Below, piece by piece: positions 13,913 to 26,421 of a stretch of 64,000 nt of DNA (its first letter is position 1; each line of letters begins with the position of its first letter). A program made the translations under genes and the position numbers. Below the pieces are notes generated by a model. The model did no database searches and was not told the DNA's origin. It worked only from the letters and a program-made list of their open reading frames with translations. Location: positions 62,001 through 126,000 of the forward strand of contig JAMDHS010000001.1 in the NCBI GenBank assembly GCA_029717555.1, given 5' to 3'. The stretch is from Peribolospora baueri (Eukaryota).

Positions 13913-14663
13913 GGCTGGCGTGGGTGGGGCAGGACTGGGTTGGCGTGGGTGTGGACGAGGGTATGGTTGTTTTCTAAACGACTGACTGCGGGTCTTCTGG
14001 ACGACTGTCACTTCCATCGACCCATGTTTGTTGAACGCCGCCGACCCGACGACGACGATCTCGCGTGATTGACGAGAAGGCGTCGCGCAAGGAACATCCT
14101 TCCGGCGTCGGGTGGACGGCACGGCCCGCCCGCCCGTCCTCGTCCGTCACAACGCCAACGCCAGTCCGTCGGTCCTCACGACGTCAGTCAGGGCAAGCGT
14201 TCGTTTGGAATGAGGGGCGGGGCCATGCTCTCGACAGACGAGATCGAGAAGGACGCACGCGGAGAAAGGTGGGGCGGATAGATAGCTCCGCCAGGCTTTT
14301 TTATTAGGACAAGACGATGGATGGCGACTGCAGCGACGACGGCGGCGCAGCGGTGCAAGGACGAGCGAAACATGTAGGCAGGACAAGTGGCGAGCGTCTA
14401 CTCATCTCATGAGAAGGGTATGAAGAGAGGAGGATGATCAAGAGAGCGGGAGCAGAGAAAGACGATCGATGACGAGCGGAGGGGGGAAAGAACAGAGGTG
14501 GAGGGGGGGGTTGGTTATGTAGGAAGAGCCTAGGAAACGCGGGGTCATCATCGACAGCAGATCGAACCAGGATGGATGGATGCCCAAGCGGGCGGGTATG
14601 CGGAGAACAAGAGACAAAAAGAAAAAGTCTGCCAAGAGAAAAAGAAAGAAAGACGCCCCCGAC

Positions 14664-17120
14664 TCAGACAAGCGCTCCGCCAGCCTTCTCTTCATCGGCC
14701 GTCATCTCGTCGGCGCGTGTCCCGAGCCGGTCGTCGGCGAAGAACCGGTGGTGGTGGTGGTGATGGTGGTCTCCAACGCCGACCATCATCATCATAAGCC
14801 GCTTACTTTCCTCCTCGAGCAACATCATCTCTTCCCCATCCCCCTCTCTTTCCCGCTCCATCTCCTCACTCTCGCATTGCTCCTCCTCTTCCTCCATCTC
14901 CAATCGTCCCCCGCCATTGTTCACTAAGTCCTCCGCCTCGGCCCCGCTGGCGCCCGGCTGGAAGCGCCGGCTGAGGAGGACGGGCAAGCCGCTGGCGAGG
15001 CTGAGGAGGACGAGCTTAAAGACCATATCGCGAGACCAGACGCGGTCCACGATGGCCTTCATCCCTCCCCCAACCGCGTCGCCGCCCGACCCATCGCCGC
15101 GGCCGCCGCCACCGATGCCGATACCGATGCCGGCACCCCCTACACCCGAAAAGTCAACGCTGGCAATGTCCTGCAAAATATCGCCAACCTGGCATGTAAC
15201 AAAATTCCAAGGGATCGATCCGATGGCGAGGGTGGCGGCAAAAGGCGGAATGGGCACGCCCAAGACGCCTCCGGCAACGTTCATCACGCCGTAGGGGATG
15301 AGGGGGAAGAGGCGCATAAGAAGAAGATAGGTCCACGTGTTGCGCGTGCCGAGGGAGAGCGAGGTGGGCGTGAGGCCAAAGACGGACGTCCACACGCTTG
15401 CACGCCTGCGCAGGCCGTGATGGCGCGGCTGGACGCGGGTGTAGGTGTCTCCGGTCGCCGCGGCGAGCGACTTGCGGAGGGTGGCGAGAGGTGTTTGGAG
15501 GAGGGGCAGGGTGAGAATGAGGGAGGAGATGGGAGCGCAGAGAAGGTAGGAGAGCGTGCCGCCGACGGCGGTGAGGATGGAGGTGTAAAGGGTGCCGAGG
15601 TAGCTGCCGTACAGCGCTCCGAAGACGACGTTCTGGGCGATGGAAGAAAGCGGTCGGCGGTCGAGTCAGGAACGGCGGACGTCGGCCACGGAGAAGGGGC
15701 CCCTCCACTCACCATGATCAAGCTACCCGGGATGCTGAAAGCCTGCTTCCAAGTAAAGACGAGGGCAGAGACGAGGAGCGTGTGTCTGTACTCGTCCCAC
15801 CCGGCGTGGCTGTAGGTCTTGAGACCGGAGCACATGGCCCTGATCTCCTTTAGACTGAGTGCGCTCAAGTGCGGGGGCAGGTTGAGGGGCAAGGTGCTGA
15901 GGGAATAGAGGACGAGGGCGGTGGAGGAGAGGAAAAGGGCGGCGAGGACGAGGAGACGAGGGAGGTAAGGCAAGAGCGGGGGGAAGGTGAACGCCTTGCG
16001 CAGACGAGACTCGGACCGCGTCGCCAGCCGGGGCGCGGGGCGTCCGGGGACGGGGGAAGGAGTGGCGAGGGAGCGAGAGAAGAGGAAGGGGTCGGGTGTA
16101 GAAGAAGGACTGGGCGAACCGGAGATGGTGAGCGGCGGCGTGGCCGGTGGAGCGACCGTGGTTATCATACCCTGCGGAAGGGTCCGTCCGGCCCAGCGGG
16201 GCTCAGGGTGGTAGAGGCGTAGGCCGTCGTCGAAACCGGAATCTTCGCTGCTGAGCTGGCTCCAGCGCTTCATTCGGTCGTGTCGCCAGGACGAGCGGTC
16301 GTCGTCGCTGGTCTGGTCGTCTCGGAAGCCGACGCCGAGACCGGCGCCGAGCTCGCGCTCGGCGGTAGGGGCGAGTGGGGCGCCATGTGCGGCCCAGCCG
16401 AACGCCTTGCGGACGCCGCCGAAGAAGCCTCTTCTTTGGCCGGTGGTGAAGGCGCCCTGCGAGCTCTGGGCGACCCAATCGCTGCTCTTGTCCTTGATGT
16501 GCACGCGTGAGACGCCTTTGCCTGCGATACTGGATAAGACGGCTCGCAAGGGGTTGCGAAGGAGGGGAGGGGCGCCTTCGAAGCCGAGGGTGGACGGCGG
16601 TGCGGAGATGTGAGGGGGGATGTAGAAGGAGGAAGAGGGCATGGGTGGCGCTTGGGGCAAGAACGGTCGGTCTGCTGGGGTGGTGGAAAAGCGAAGAGTG
16701 AAAGTGAGAGGGTCGGTCGTCTCCAAAGGTCGTGATGGAGCAGCTGAAAGAAGACAAAGCGTGCTAGCTCACCATCAGCACCGACACCGACATGGTCTGG
16801 AAATGCATCGGAAGGGAATGGGAACAAGGCACTGCCGTCGTTGTCGCCATCGGGACGGGTGTGAATGCGAGCGGCATCGACGGACAGGTCCTCCGGGTTT
16901 AGCTGGGAGCGGGTGGGGATGGTACTGAAGACGGGTGTGTCGGGGCCCTGGATGGAGAAGGAGGGAGAGAAGAGAGAAGGGCGGGTGAGGAGTGATGTAG
17001 GACGATGGCGCATCAATGGCGCGGTGGTCGAGGAACACGTCGTGTACCTGAGCGGACATAGGGGGCCCGACGTGGCAGACGACGACGACAATGACATTGA
17101 CGACGACGATGACGACGACG

Positions 17121-17153
<33 letters not shown>

Positions 17154-17536
17154 CTAGGCACGGCCTATGGTCCTCGGGTCCTCCTCGAACGCCGCCGTGG
17201 TCCGTCGGTGCCCAGCTACGATCCGCCGTCATGCGAGAGGAAGAAACGAACGCTCACCTGAGCAGTAAAGCTCTTAGCCCTCGAGCGGGTGGTAGTGATG
17301 CTGGGGAGGGGCCTCTTAGAGGTAGTGGTAGCCTCGACGGCATCGGCGGCGGGGGACGAGTCGACGGAGAGGGACGAAGGGAGCTGGGGACGGTGAGCGG
17401 CTGCGATGGTCGACGTCGACGACGAGGCAGAGGAGGCGGAGAGGGAGCGGGAGGCGGCTGGGGCGACTAGGGAGGTGAGCGGTGGTTGGCGCACATGGGG
17501 CGAGGAGAAGGGGGTGAACGGCGAGGGGGGGGCCAT
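14664..17536 (-). CDS. Tvp38/TMEM41-like (VTT/DedA, SNARE-associated) membrane protein with a long disordered N-terminus
   Basis: FTWKQAFSIPGSLIMNVVFGALYG, YLLLMRLFPLIPYGVMN, GSIPWNFVTCQVG. Upstream exons (about 17536-17258 and 16887-16774) splice in frame; the start is less certain. Confidence 0.8.
17078..17152. repeat. Compound trinucleotide microsatellite, (GAC)n-like then (AAC)10
   Basis: Seen directly; lies in the predicted first intron of the Tvp38-like gene. Confidence 0.9.
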
Positions 17537-18594
17537 GGTGGGAGTGGTGGCGGAGAGGAAAGAAAGAGGGAGAGCGGTGGAGGGTCGAGTGCGTTAAGGG
17601 GAAGGTCGTGTGCCAGTGGCAGTGTGAGTGTTGTCGGTCGAGATGGCGTAATGAAGAATTAGAAGGCTACCGCCAGCTTAGCTCGGTGGGTGGGATAAAC
17701 TAGGCTAGGAAACTAAGCCAGCAGAGGCACCGGCGGCATCGCAATCGCAAGCACAAGCACAGGCACGGCGGCGGCGGCGCTACGGCTAGCGTGTTGGCTC
17801 GGCAGAGGTCGTCCGTCGGTGCGGTCGGGGGCGAGGGGAGCAGGAAAAAGGAAAAGGAAAGAAAGAGGTAAAAGGTGGGTGGGTTTTAAGGTGGTGGATA
17901 GGGCGACGACGGAGACGCAGTGGAGTGGTCGGTCTATGAGGTTCGACGGCGGCAACGGGGGAGGGAGAAAATCGAACGACGGGCGAGGATGACGACGCGA
18001 TCCCGTCGGCCGACAGCATTCGAACGAGGCCAAGGCGAGACGAAAACGAGACAAACGAGACGAAGACAAGACGGAGTGAAAAATAACGACCGACTGATGA
18101 CCGACTATGAACGACCCGGCCAAGCCGACCTCTACTACGTCCGCTCTCGCAGCCGCAGCCGCAGCAGCCGATCGTCCTCGGCGACGCGTTCCGGCGGGGC
18201 GATCAGATATGGGTCCATACCTGACCACCGACGGCCCGCGCCGCGCCAAGACCCAGAGAGACAGACAGTCGATCAAGAGGATCGCGTTATGTTATGCCCA
18301 ACCCCGACCGACCGACGGCCCGAAACCCATCGCGCCAAGAAATGGTCACTCACTCCCTGTCAGACACACACACGGCCGAGACTGCGGAGGATCGGACAAG
18401 AGTCTCCGTCCAGAGTCCGTTCGGAGTCCGTCGAGCATCGGATCACTCACTCCCTTCTCGCGAGACAGCCACCACACTCCCTCCCTCGCACCCGCACACT
18501 TGGCCAATACGCACACGCGAGCCTGATCGATCATCGATCGGCCACCGGTAGCGGAGACTAACAAAGGGAAAAAAATAAAATGAAAAGTGAAAAA

Positions 18595-18698
18595 GGGGAC
18601 TGCTGGGAATCGAACCCAGGACCTCGTCCAAGTGCCAGCCAACCCCAGAGGGAGGCTGAATACCCTAAGAACGCATTATACCACTAAACCACAGTCCC
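18595..18698 (-). tRNA. tRNA-Pro(AGG) with 32-nt intron (18631-18662)
   Basis: Acceptor stem GGGACTG/CAGTCCC, anticodon stem CGTTC/GGACG, AGG at 18664-18666, GGTTCGATTCCC T arm, T5 terminator at 18590-18594. Confidence 0.95.
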
Positions 18699-18900
18699 AT
18701 TGCTTGTTAGGCTTTGTTCTACTTTCAATATGTACGTTCGCCATGATGTTAGCCGCCTCCCATACTCCCATACGTAGTAGTGAGTGTATCGCTGTTGGAA
18801 AGCGATGGAGCGTATCACGTGATGGACGCCCAGGCTTGGGTCCATGTGGACATCCGCCCCCCCTTCGGCTGTGAGGACCGCCTTGCGGCTGGCGTGGCTG

Positions 18901-18940
18901 CCCATGTGGTCGCCCATGTGGTCATCCATGTGGTCATCCA
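18901..18940. repeat. 12-bp tandem repeat YCCATGTGGTCR, about 3.3 copies
   Basis: cccatgtggtcg cccatgtggtca tccatgtggtca tcca. Confidence 0.85.
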
Positions 18941-19212
18941 TCCCACCCACCTGGTCGCCCACTTCTTCTCGAGTTCATCGTCGGATCAGCCACGCAAGCA
19001 GGTTGCATGTCCCAAACTGCTAAGTTCGCCTGGCACATGTAAAAGCCATTGTACAAACGACTGGAACAGGGTACAATTACACGCACGAACGGATGCGAAA
19101 GTAGAGGGGGATGCAGAGACGAGGACCAAGGAATCCTTGTTCACCACGATGGATGACCATTACGCCACACATCTCCACCGCCACCTCTTCGATGTAACTA
19201 CGCTTGGGCCAC

Positions 19213-21952
19213 CTAGTTGCCGGACGACATCATCTGGTCGAGGTGTTGACTGAGACGTTGGACGAGCTCGGCCTTGCGACCCGTCATGTCCTGCCCGTAG
19301 TGCTTCAGCGCGTTTCTCAACTCTGCGACCGTAAGCTAGAAAGGGAGCAAGAAGCCAAGGACAAGGAGGCGAGTCAGATGACGACCCCTCATACCGCCTT
19401 TTTTCATACGGCCACACCTCACCTTGTTCACCTCGCCATCGTCGTGTAACCTTCTCACTTTCCTGTCCACGCCCGCGTCCCACTCCGTCTCCGGCCTCCG
19501 TTTGTTGCTCGTCGCCCCGCGGGGCGGCTCGGGAGGAGGCGCGAAGCACCGGTGGTCGTCGGTGACCACTTTCTTGAACTCGGACAGAAGCGGGCCGATG
19601 CGCTGGATCGGGGACGACGAGATGAGCAAACCGCGACCCATGACACCGCGAGACAAAAGTCCAATCTCGCCCACCTTGTTGATCCTCTCGCCGTTGCATA
19701 CCGTCACGTCCTCCGCTTCCTCAGGCAGGTCCTCATGGAAGGCGACGGCTTTTAGACATGCATAATGGTGGTTCAAAGTCGGATTCGGGAACTGGTCCGG
19801 GTTGTACGGCTGCTTGTAGGTGTACTTGGAGACGAATCGCGACGCCGCTGAAACCTCTTCTTCCGTCGCTGAGAGAACCCAGCCGAGCTCGATAGTTGGT
19901 GAGTGCCCCTGGTCAATGTCCGACAGGCCACGTCAGCACACTTACCCGTCACCGTCTTGGGCACCACAGGCTCCCGCAGATCGTCCGCGAAAGGGATTTG
20001 GATGAGATGAAAGCCTGGCGGTTTGAGCTGCGCGCCCGTCTCCTCGTCGCGCTCTTCCTCTTGTGGCAGCATGGCGACAAAGACCGGTGCCGAGCTCTTT
20101 CGCGGCACCAGTAGACCCAGGCCGATTTTGTTCTTGCGGGAGCAGGAGTGCAGCAGCGCGGCGAAGGTGCGTGTGGAGCCAGCATAGTCCTTCGAGCGAC
20201 CCACCAAAAGTAAGACGGATTTGAGCACTCGCCCAATTTCACCGGTCCGATCGTACGATCGAAAGTTCACCTGTTCCGACGGGTAGATGAAATACGAGTG
20301 CTTGACGTTGTCCTCGAAACAAAGCTCGCTCTGGTCCTTGAAGCCGAGTAGCTTGAGACCGGGTTCACATCCGAGCGTCTTAAAGCTCCTCATCTCTTCT
20401 GGGTTGAACTTTTTGACGCTACGAAGGTCACCGGTGTTGCCGAAGCGGAATCCTTGCTCAATGTCTTCTTTCCCCAGAACGGCGCCCGTATCCTGCACGT
20501 GTGTGAAAATAACCAAGAAAGTTAGGTGGACAGAGCGCCAGAAAGGGAGCCTGACGTCAACGAACTCTGCCGACGTGCGAGAGCACCCACACTGCACTCG
20601 TAAACTGTTCTAGTGAACACCTCCTTCGTTGTCCTCCCCCCTCGATAGACGTACACCGCGTGCTGCTTCTTCTGTTCCGCCACAAGTCCATACCTGAAAA
20701 GAGAGATTCTCAAATGGTCAAAAGATAAGAGCATGACGGACAAGGACACCGTCTCTAGCACTCGAGCATGAAGACGCCAGAGTCTCACCCTTTGACCCCG
20801 ATGACGAAGCTCTCGCCGAGCCACAGCGGGATGTCAAATGCTGTCCTCTTAGGCGTTTCTCGAACCCTCATCTCCTTCTCCATATCCTCAAACCTCTCGA
20901 AGGCGCTCTTCGGCACATCGGCTGCCGCCTCGTCCTCATCGCCCAGCACGCTCGCCCAAAAGGCACTGTAGTCAAATGGTTTGGAAGGAGAGGAAACGAA
21001 GAAGGGCTCGATCCCCACACCCAGACCAGCCAGGTCGTTGACGCGCGTACGCGTCTTTTTGCGGAGGCTTTCACCGGTGGGAGAGGAAATCGGATGAGGA
21101 TCACTGTCGCCGGTGATGAGGAAGATGCGTTTCGTGCCTGTTCGGCCACTACGTTACGTGGGAAAAAAGGTATGACGACGAGTACGGAAAAATTTAATTC
21201 AAAAAAGCTAGACGAGAATATAACCGCGCCTTGTTTACTCACGCTGTTCTGATGATGGCATTGCATGCGATCATCACATCCACTATGGTGACCTTCTCCG
21301 CGTCCTTACAAGGTCTCAACTCGTCCAACGCTGTCGGGTCCTCCCCGACGGCTTCGAGGAGATTCTTGAGCTTGAGCACGGCCGGCACGTCGACTTGCGT
21401 GACGGGTTGGAAAACGTAAATGTGTTCCTTGGTGCGCACGTCTGGCAGTTGAACGGTCTCCGCCTGTGGGTCGATTTCGAGGGAGGTGTCTCTTTCAGGC
21501 TCGTAACAACAAGCCGACAGCAGGAGAATACCAAAAAGCGCAGATGCGGCACACGCACGGTGTTGTAAAGCATCACCCCGACGAGGTCGCTCGGGCTAGT
21601 AACAATCTTTCGCATCTGCAAGCTCAGGATGGCCTGGAGGGCCATGACGAAGCTGCTCTTCGCCTTACCCCGCTCCTCATCTTGAGACGAAGGAACGGCT
21701 TGCATTGCCGCTTGGGCGTCGATGGCGAAAAGGATGGCGTCCTTGTTGGAGGTAACCTGGAGGGGAGCAGGCACGTCATACGGGATTATGAGTTGGCTCG
21801 CTGACTGGCCCTTGGGCCGCACGCTGACATCCATTCTCTCTCTTGGCTAACAAGCCGCTCTCTCGGCATCCATGAGACCAACTCACATCTCGATCCACGA
21901 GCTCGTCCTCTTCATCCTCGCTGATGTCCTCGTTCCAGCCCTCGTCCGCCAT
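19213..21952 (-). CDS. KU70: Ku70 NHEJ subunit (vWA, core and C-terminal SAP domains)
   Basis: KDAILFAIDA, DLVGVMLYNT, KRIFLIT, PGLKLLGFK, NVKHSYFIYP, YAGSTRTF, PPGFHLIQIPFADDLR, YNPDQFPNPTLNHHY, SAP domain LTVAELRNAL...GRKAELVQRL. Confidence 0.95.
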
Positions 21953-22115
21953 CGTGACTGGGATGTAACCTATGAGTGGTGGTGTCCTGTTCTGAGTCGT
22001 CGTCGACATCCCGACGGAGTCTTGCTGCGGCACGTTCGATCATGGAGACGCGACGCGGAAATGAAACGCGCTTCTTTTCTCTCTCGCCATCCACACCGCC
22101 GTCTGGACACCGACC

Positions 22116-23601
22116 ATGGCCTCCATAGACAGCCTCCTCTCTGCGCCCACGCCCCGCGACATCGACCAGGGGGCTTCCTCTCCTCAATTGGACACTGACC
22201 AGCAACATCCGACCGCCGACATGATGGACGCGGAGGAAGACCCGTCAGGAGAAGCGCAAGCAACCACGTCTGCTCCCGGCCCCTCGAATGGCTCGGGAAA
22301 GGGCAAGACGAGTGGAGCCAAGGGAAAGGGGAGGGCTTCAACTGGAGGTGGGGTGAAAGAAAGGGGCGTTAGCAGCCTACCAATAGCCAGGGTTCAAAGG
22401 ATCATCAAGGTGTGTGTCCTTCGCGTCCACGTCTGCGCATCGAAACGACTTAAATGCAGACTTGACTTAAACGGACCGTCTCTCATCCGCGGCTGGTGCT
22501 AAAACGACGGCTCCTCTGCACAATCAATCCCCACCGCAGGCTGACAAGGAAGTAGACATGTGCAATAAGGAGGCCGTCTTCCTGATCAGCTGTGCCACGG
22601 TCCGCATACATCTCTCTTTTCTATTCCGCAGGTCGGAGAGGGAGAGCGCTCACGTCATCTCCCTCTTCCCCGCACCCCTTCGTTCTCGCATCTTTGCAGG
22701 AGATTTTTATAAGGCAATTTGCGGACGCCGGGTACGCCAACGCTCGACTTGACAAGCGAAAAGTGGTACAATACCGCGATCTTTGTGCGTCCTCCATTTG
22801 CCGCCGCTTGCTTCGTCATGTGCCAAAGAGGGGTTTGTTTCAGCGAAAGGAGAGACGGAAGCGAGAAGTTAACGTGGAATTGCCCTTATGTTTTCACCGC
22901 TTCCATCCCCATTTGCCTCCCCTTCTCACCTCGTTCTACTCAACGACCACGGCTTCGATCGTGACCAGCCAAAGCGGTCGAACAGACCGAAGAATACGAC
23001 TTTCTCGAAGGTGCGTCTTCTTCCTCCTCTCGTCTTCCGTCTCTTTCCTTCCGCTCTACGCACGCTTTCTTCGCCGCTCGCTCGCTAATCCCCAGACGCG
23101 CACACGCTTCCACTCTTTCAAACTTGCCACTTCGGGGCCACTCCAACAGAAGTCATCCCGAAGACCCGTCCCCTCTCCGAAGCGCTCGCCGAACGCTCTC
23201 GCCGACAAGCCCAGCTGGCGAGCGCCGGTGTAGGAGCGGAGGACGAGTCTGGAGGGACGCGGAAACGCGGCGGCGCAAGCGGGCTCGGAGGACGAGGGGG
23301 GCGTGGGGGAGGGAAGGAGGAGGCGGACGTGGATGAGGGAGTAGGGCGGAACGGCTCTCCGGCCACGAACGGGTCGGGGAAAGAAGTCGGGAGGAAGGCT
23401 GGGGGTGGGCAGAAGAGTACATCCGGTAGTGGGAGAAGTGTGGGCGGTGGGACTGTGGAGGAGGGGGAGATGGCGGGAGAGGAGGAAATGGTAGAGGAGG
23501 AAGGGGATGAGGAAGGGGTGCGAGAGGGCGAGGAAGGGGAGTACGACGATCCTGGCGTGGAGGAGGAAGAGCTGGACGAGGACGCGATGGACGTGAGTTA
23601 G
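22116..23601 (+). CDS. Histone-fold protein, DPB3/POLE4/CHRAC-like, with acidic tail
   Basis: Spliced: SLPIARVQRIIKADKEVDMCNKEAVFLISCATEIFIRQFA...KRKVVQYRDL...EEYDFLEEVIP. Confidence 0.85.
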
Positions 23602-23804
23602 ACCCGTTGAGCCAAAGCCGGTTGGTCCTCATCTGTCCGAACGATCCGCTCGTGTAGGGAATGAAGAGGACGGAGGCGTTCGTCGCCATCGGCGAGCTCC
23701 TCGAGCGTCGTGTGCCGCGCCGTCAGGGTGAGGGGTCTTAATGAGAGCGTGTTCTATTCGCGTCACGGACGCGGACGAGCCGGAGGCTTGGGGGTGAGTC
23801 CAAC

Positions 23805-23807
<3 letters not shown>

Positions 23808-23851
<44 letters not shown>
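23808..23851. repeat. Homopolymer C44 (G44 on the minus strand)
   Basis: Seen directly. Confidence 0.95.
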
Positions 23852-24306
23852 ATCTACACGTTCAACCGTGTATCGATTCACGCTTCAAACCCGTTGTCAA
23901 GCCAAAAAATAACATGAGCATGTCGTACGTCATACGTCGTCTGCACAAAGCGATAACCACCGACTGATCGACTGGGTCGTCTCGCCAAGACCGAAGAGAG
24001 AGAGGAAAGACGGCAAGGCGAGAAGGAGACGCAAAAGCAGAGGAGGAAGCAGCAGAGGCCGACGGACAAACCCCGTCGACCGAATCGACCGAATGTCGCT
24101 CCACCAAAAAAAAAAAAGAAAAAAACTAAAACGCAAAAAATGTACGAAGAGGTCCCCCGGCCCACCCCCTATTCGGCCGCCCGAGGCGCCCGGCTCCGCT
24201 CGGGCGCGTCGAGATGTCGAACGCTCTCTAGCGGGTCGGCCGACTCGTCTTGAAAGGAAATGGGAGGGGAAGTGAAGGATAGGGACGGCGGTGTGGATCC
24301 TACGGA

Positions 24307-26421
24307 TCACACGGAGGACTTCTCGTTGGTGACGGTGCTGCCACGGTTGATATCGGCGTCCTTGGTGTTGTTGCCGGATCGGCGGGACAGCTTGCGGTCC
24401 TGGATGGATGGATGGAGAAGGATTAAGGGAGAATGAATGAGCGGTGGGGTCCGAGACGCCGACAACGAGATTTCGCCCTTCAGAGCTTAAGGAGAAGGGA
24501 GAGGGTGAAATGGAATGGGCTTGAGCGACGACTCACGAGCAACTCGTCGTGGTGGGTCGTGGCGATCCGATGGAGCTCCCTCGCCTCCGCCTCCATGTGC
24601 TGGTGCGCTACCGCGGCGGGCGGGCGGCGTGTGTCGGAGAGGATGAAGGTGTAGATCGTCACGGCGGCCAGCGTGGCGGCGATATTGGTAAGCGCGGTCA
24701 GAGCGCTGTACCGCGCCGGGAAGGCATCACGGCCAAAGATGACGCCGGCTGCCAGGCGAGCGCCAACGTCACGAGCCGAGTTGGTGGCGATGTCTGCGTG
24801 GTGGCGAATCGAATGGGTAAGGGACTCGACCGGGATGACTGTCGTGTCGGCCAAGGGAGCGACTAGAGCCCGCATACTCACTGCCGTAGGCCCAGCCCCA
24901 AACGATGACGCTGTACACTACAGACGAGGACGAAAGGGACGAGAGAAAGCGAGTGTGAGCGAGGATGGCGTGAACGCGCTGAAGTTGAAAGAGAGCCGAG
25001 CGTGAGCTGTGTTGGAACGGAAGAAAGAGGCTCACCGAGGCCAATGGTGTAAGGCGCGATGGACGGGTGGACGAAGGGGTTGGTCGCATCGAGGTTGGTC
25101 CTGTTCGGCGGGAGAGCGAGACGGAAGGAGAGAGTGAGTGGTGAGTGTCGGTTGCGCTTTGGTCCGGAGAAGGGAGGATGGAATGGACGGCTCACCAGAT
25201 GACGAAGGCAATCACCTGTGTGCGGCAAAGGAGAGAAGGGCAAAGAACGGCAGGATGTAAGCATGAGCGAGAGGAGCGACGACGATCGCACACAGACCGC
25301 CACCCACGCGAACATGGAAACGGGCGGGCAAACGGAGCAAGGAAGCAAGAAATGAGTTGGCTCACAAAGTCTCCAAAGAATTCGGTGGCAAAGATGCTCC
25401 CGAGGCTCCTTCCGGGAGTGGGGTAGAGGGCGACGATGCCGGCCGGTCCCGCTGGGCTGAAGATCTGGGGCTGCTTTCCGATAGCGATGAGCTCGTGTTC
25501 CATCGCCCGCATCTCATCATGGTACATGGAGAAGACCATCTGCAAAGGGAACGTTTGTCGCCGTCAGCCGCGCGATTCCGATAGGATGAGAAGAGAGGAG
25601 AGGAGACGTACCAAGGCAGCGACGAAAGCGCCCAAGATCTGCCAGAAGATGTAGATGGGCGCTTTCCAGAGGGGGAAGCCCTTGAAGATGACCTGGGAGA
25701 TGGTGACACAAGGATTAAAGTGGCCTCCGGAGGTGGTGGCGCAGGTGATGATGGCGAAGGCGATGCCGAAGCCGTAGGCGAAGCCAACCTGGAGTAAGGA
25801 GCCCTGAGTGCCTTGGGAGAGGACCATGGTGGCGGTGGCCATCATGCCGGAGATGCAATAGAACCTGAGGGAAGGAGAGGGGAGGAGGCGGTCGTAGGCA
25901 ATTGAGTCGCTGCACATATCCCCTCGCCCGAGCATGACATGACGATGGACGACGGGGACGTCGCTGGACGCGAGCCGAACCGCCGGCTCACCAAGTACCG
26001 ATAGCCTCGGCGAGACCGGCGGCGAGCCACTGAGGCTTGACCGTCTCCCAGCGTCGGCGCAGGGCTGCGCGGTGTGGCGGAGGAGATGGAGGCAATGCGA
26101 GCGAGCATATGTCAGAACGTCGCCGTCGAAGTCGAACGACGGTGGGCAAGCGCGTCCCTCCGGCTGGGCGACTCGGCCCGGCCTGTCCCTCACCGCCGCA
26201 CACCAATGTGGGATTCCATCCACCCCTTCTTCGAGGGACGGCAAGGCTAGACTTCAGGACCCACCGCTCTCGCTCAACCCTGCGGCCTGGACGACTTGCG
26301 TGCCGACATGAGGCTCAGCGGCCTCGACGATGCCGAGCTCGAGCTGGCCGGCCTCGCGATGGGGGCGCTGGAAGTGGGGCGGGACGTGGGGCCGGGTGTC
26401 CTGTGCGGAATCGTCTGCCAT
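24307..26421 (-). CDS. MIP-family aquaglyceroporin with non-canonical NPC/NSA boxes
   Basis: AEAIGTWFY, TSGGHFNPCVTI, YIFWQILGAFVA, FATEFFGDF, ATNSARDVGARL; about 9 exons. Confidence 0.9.
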
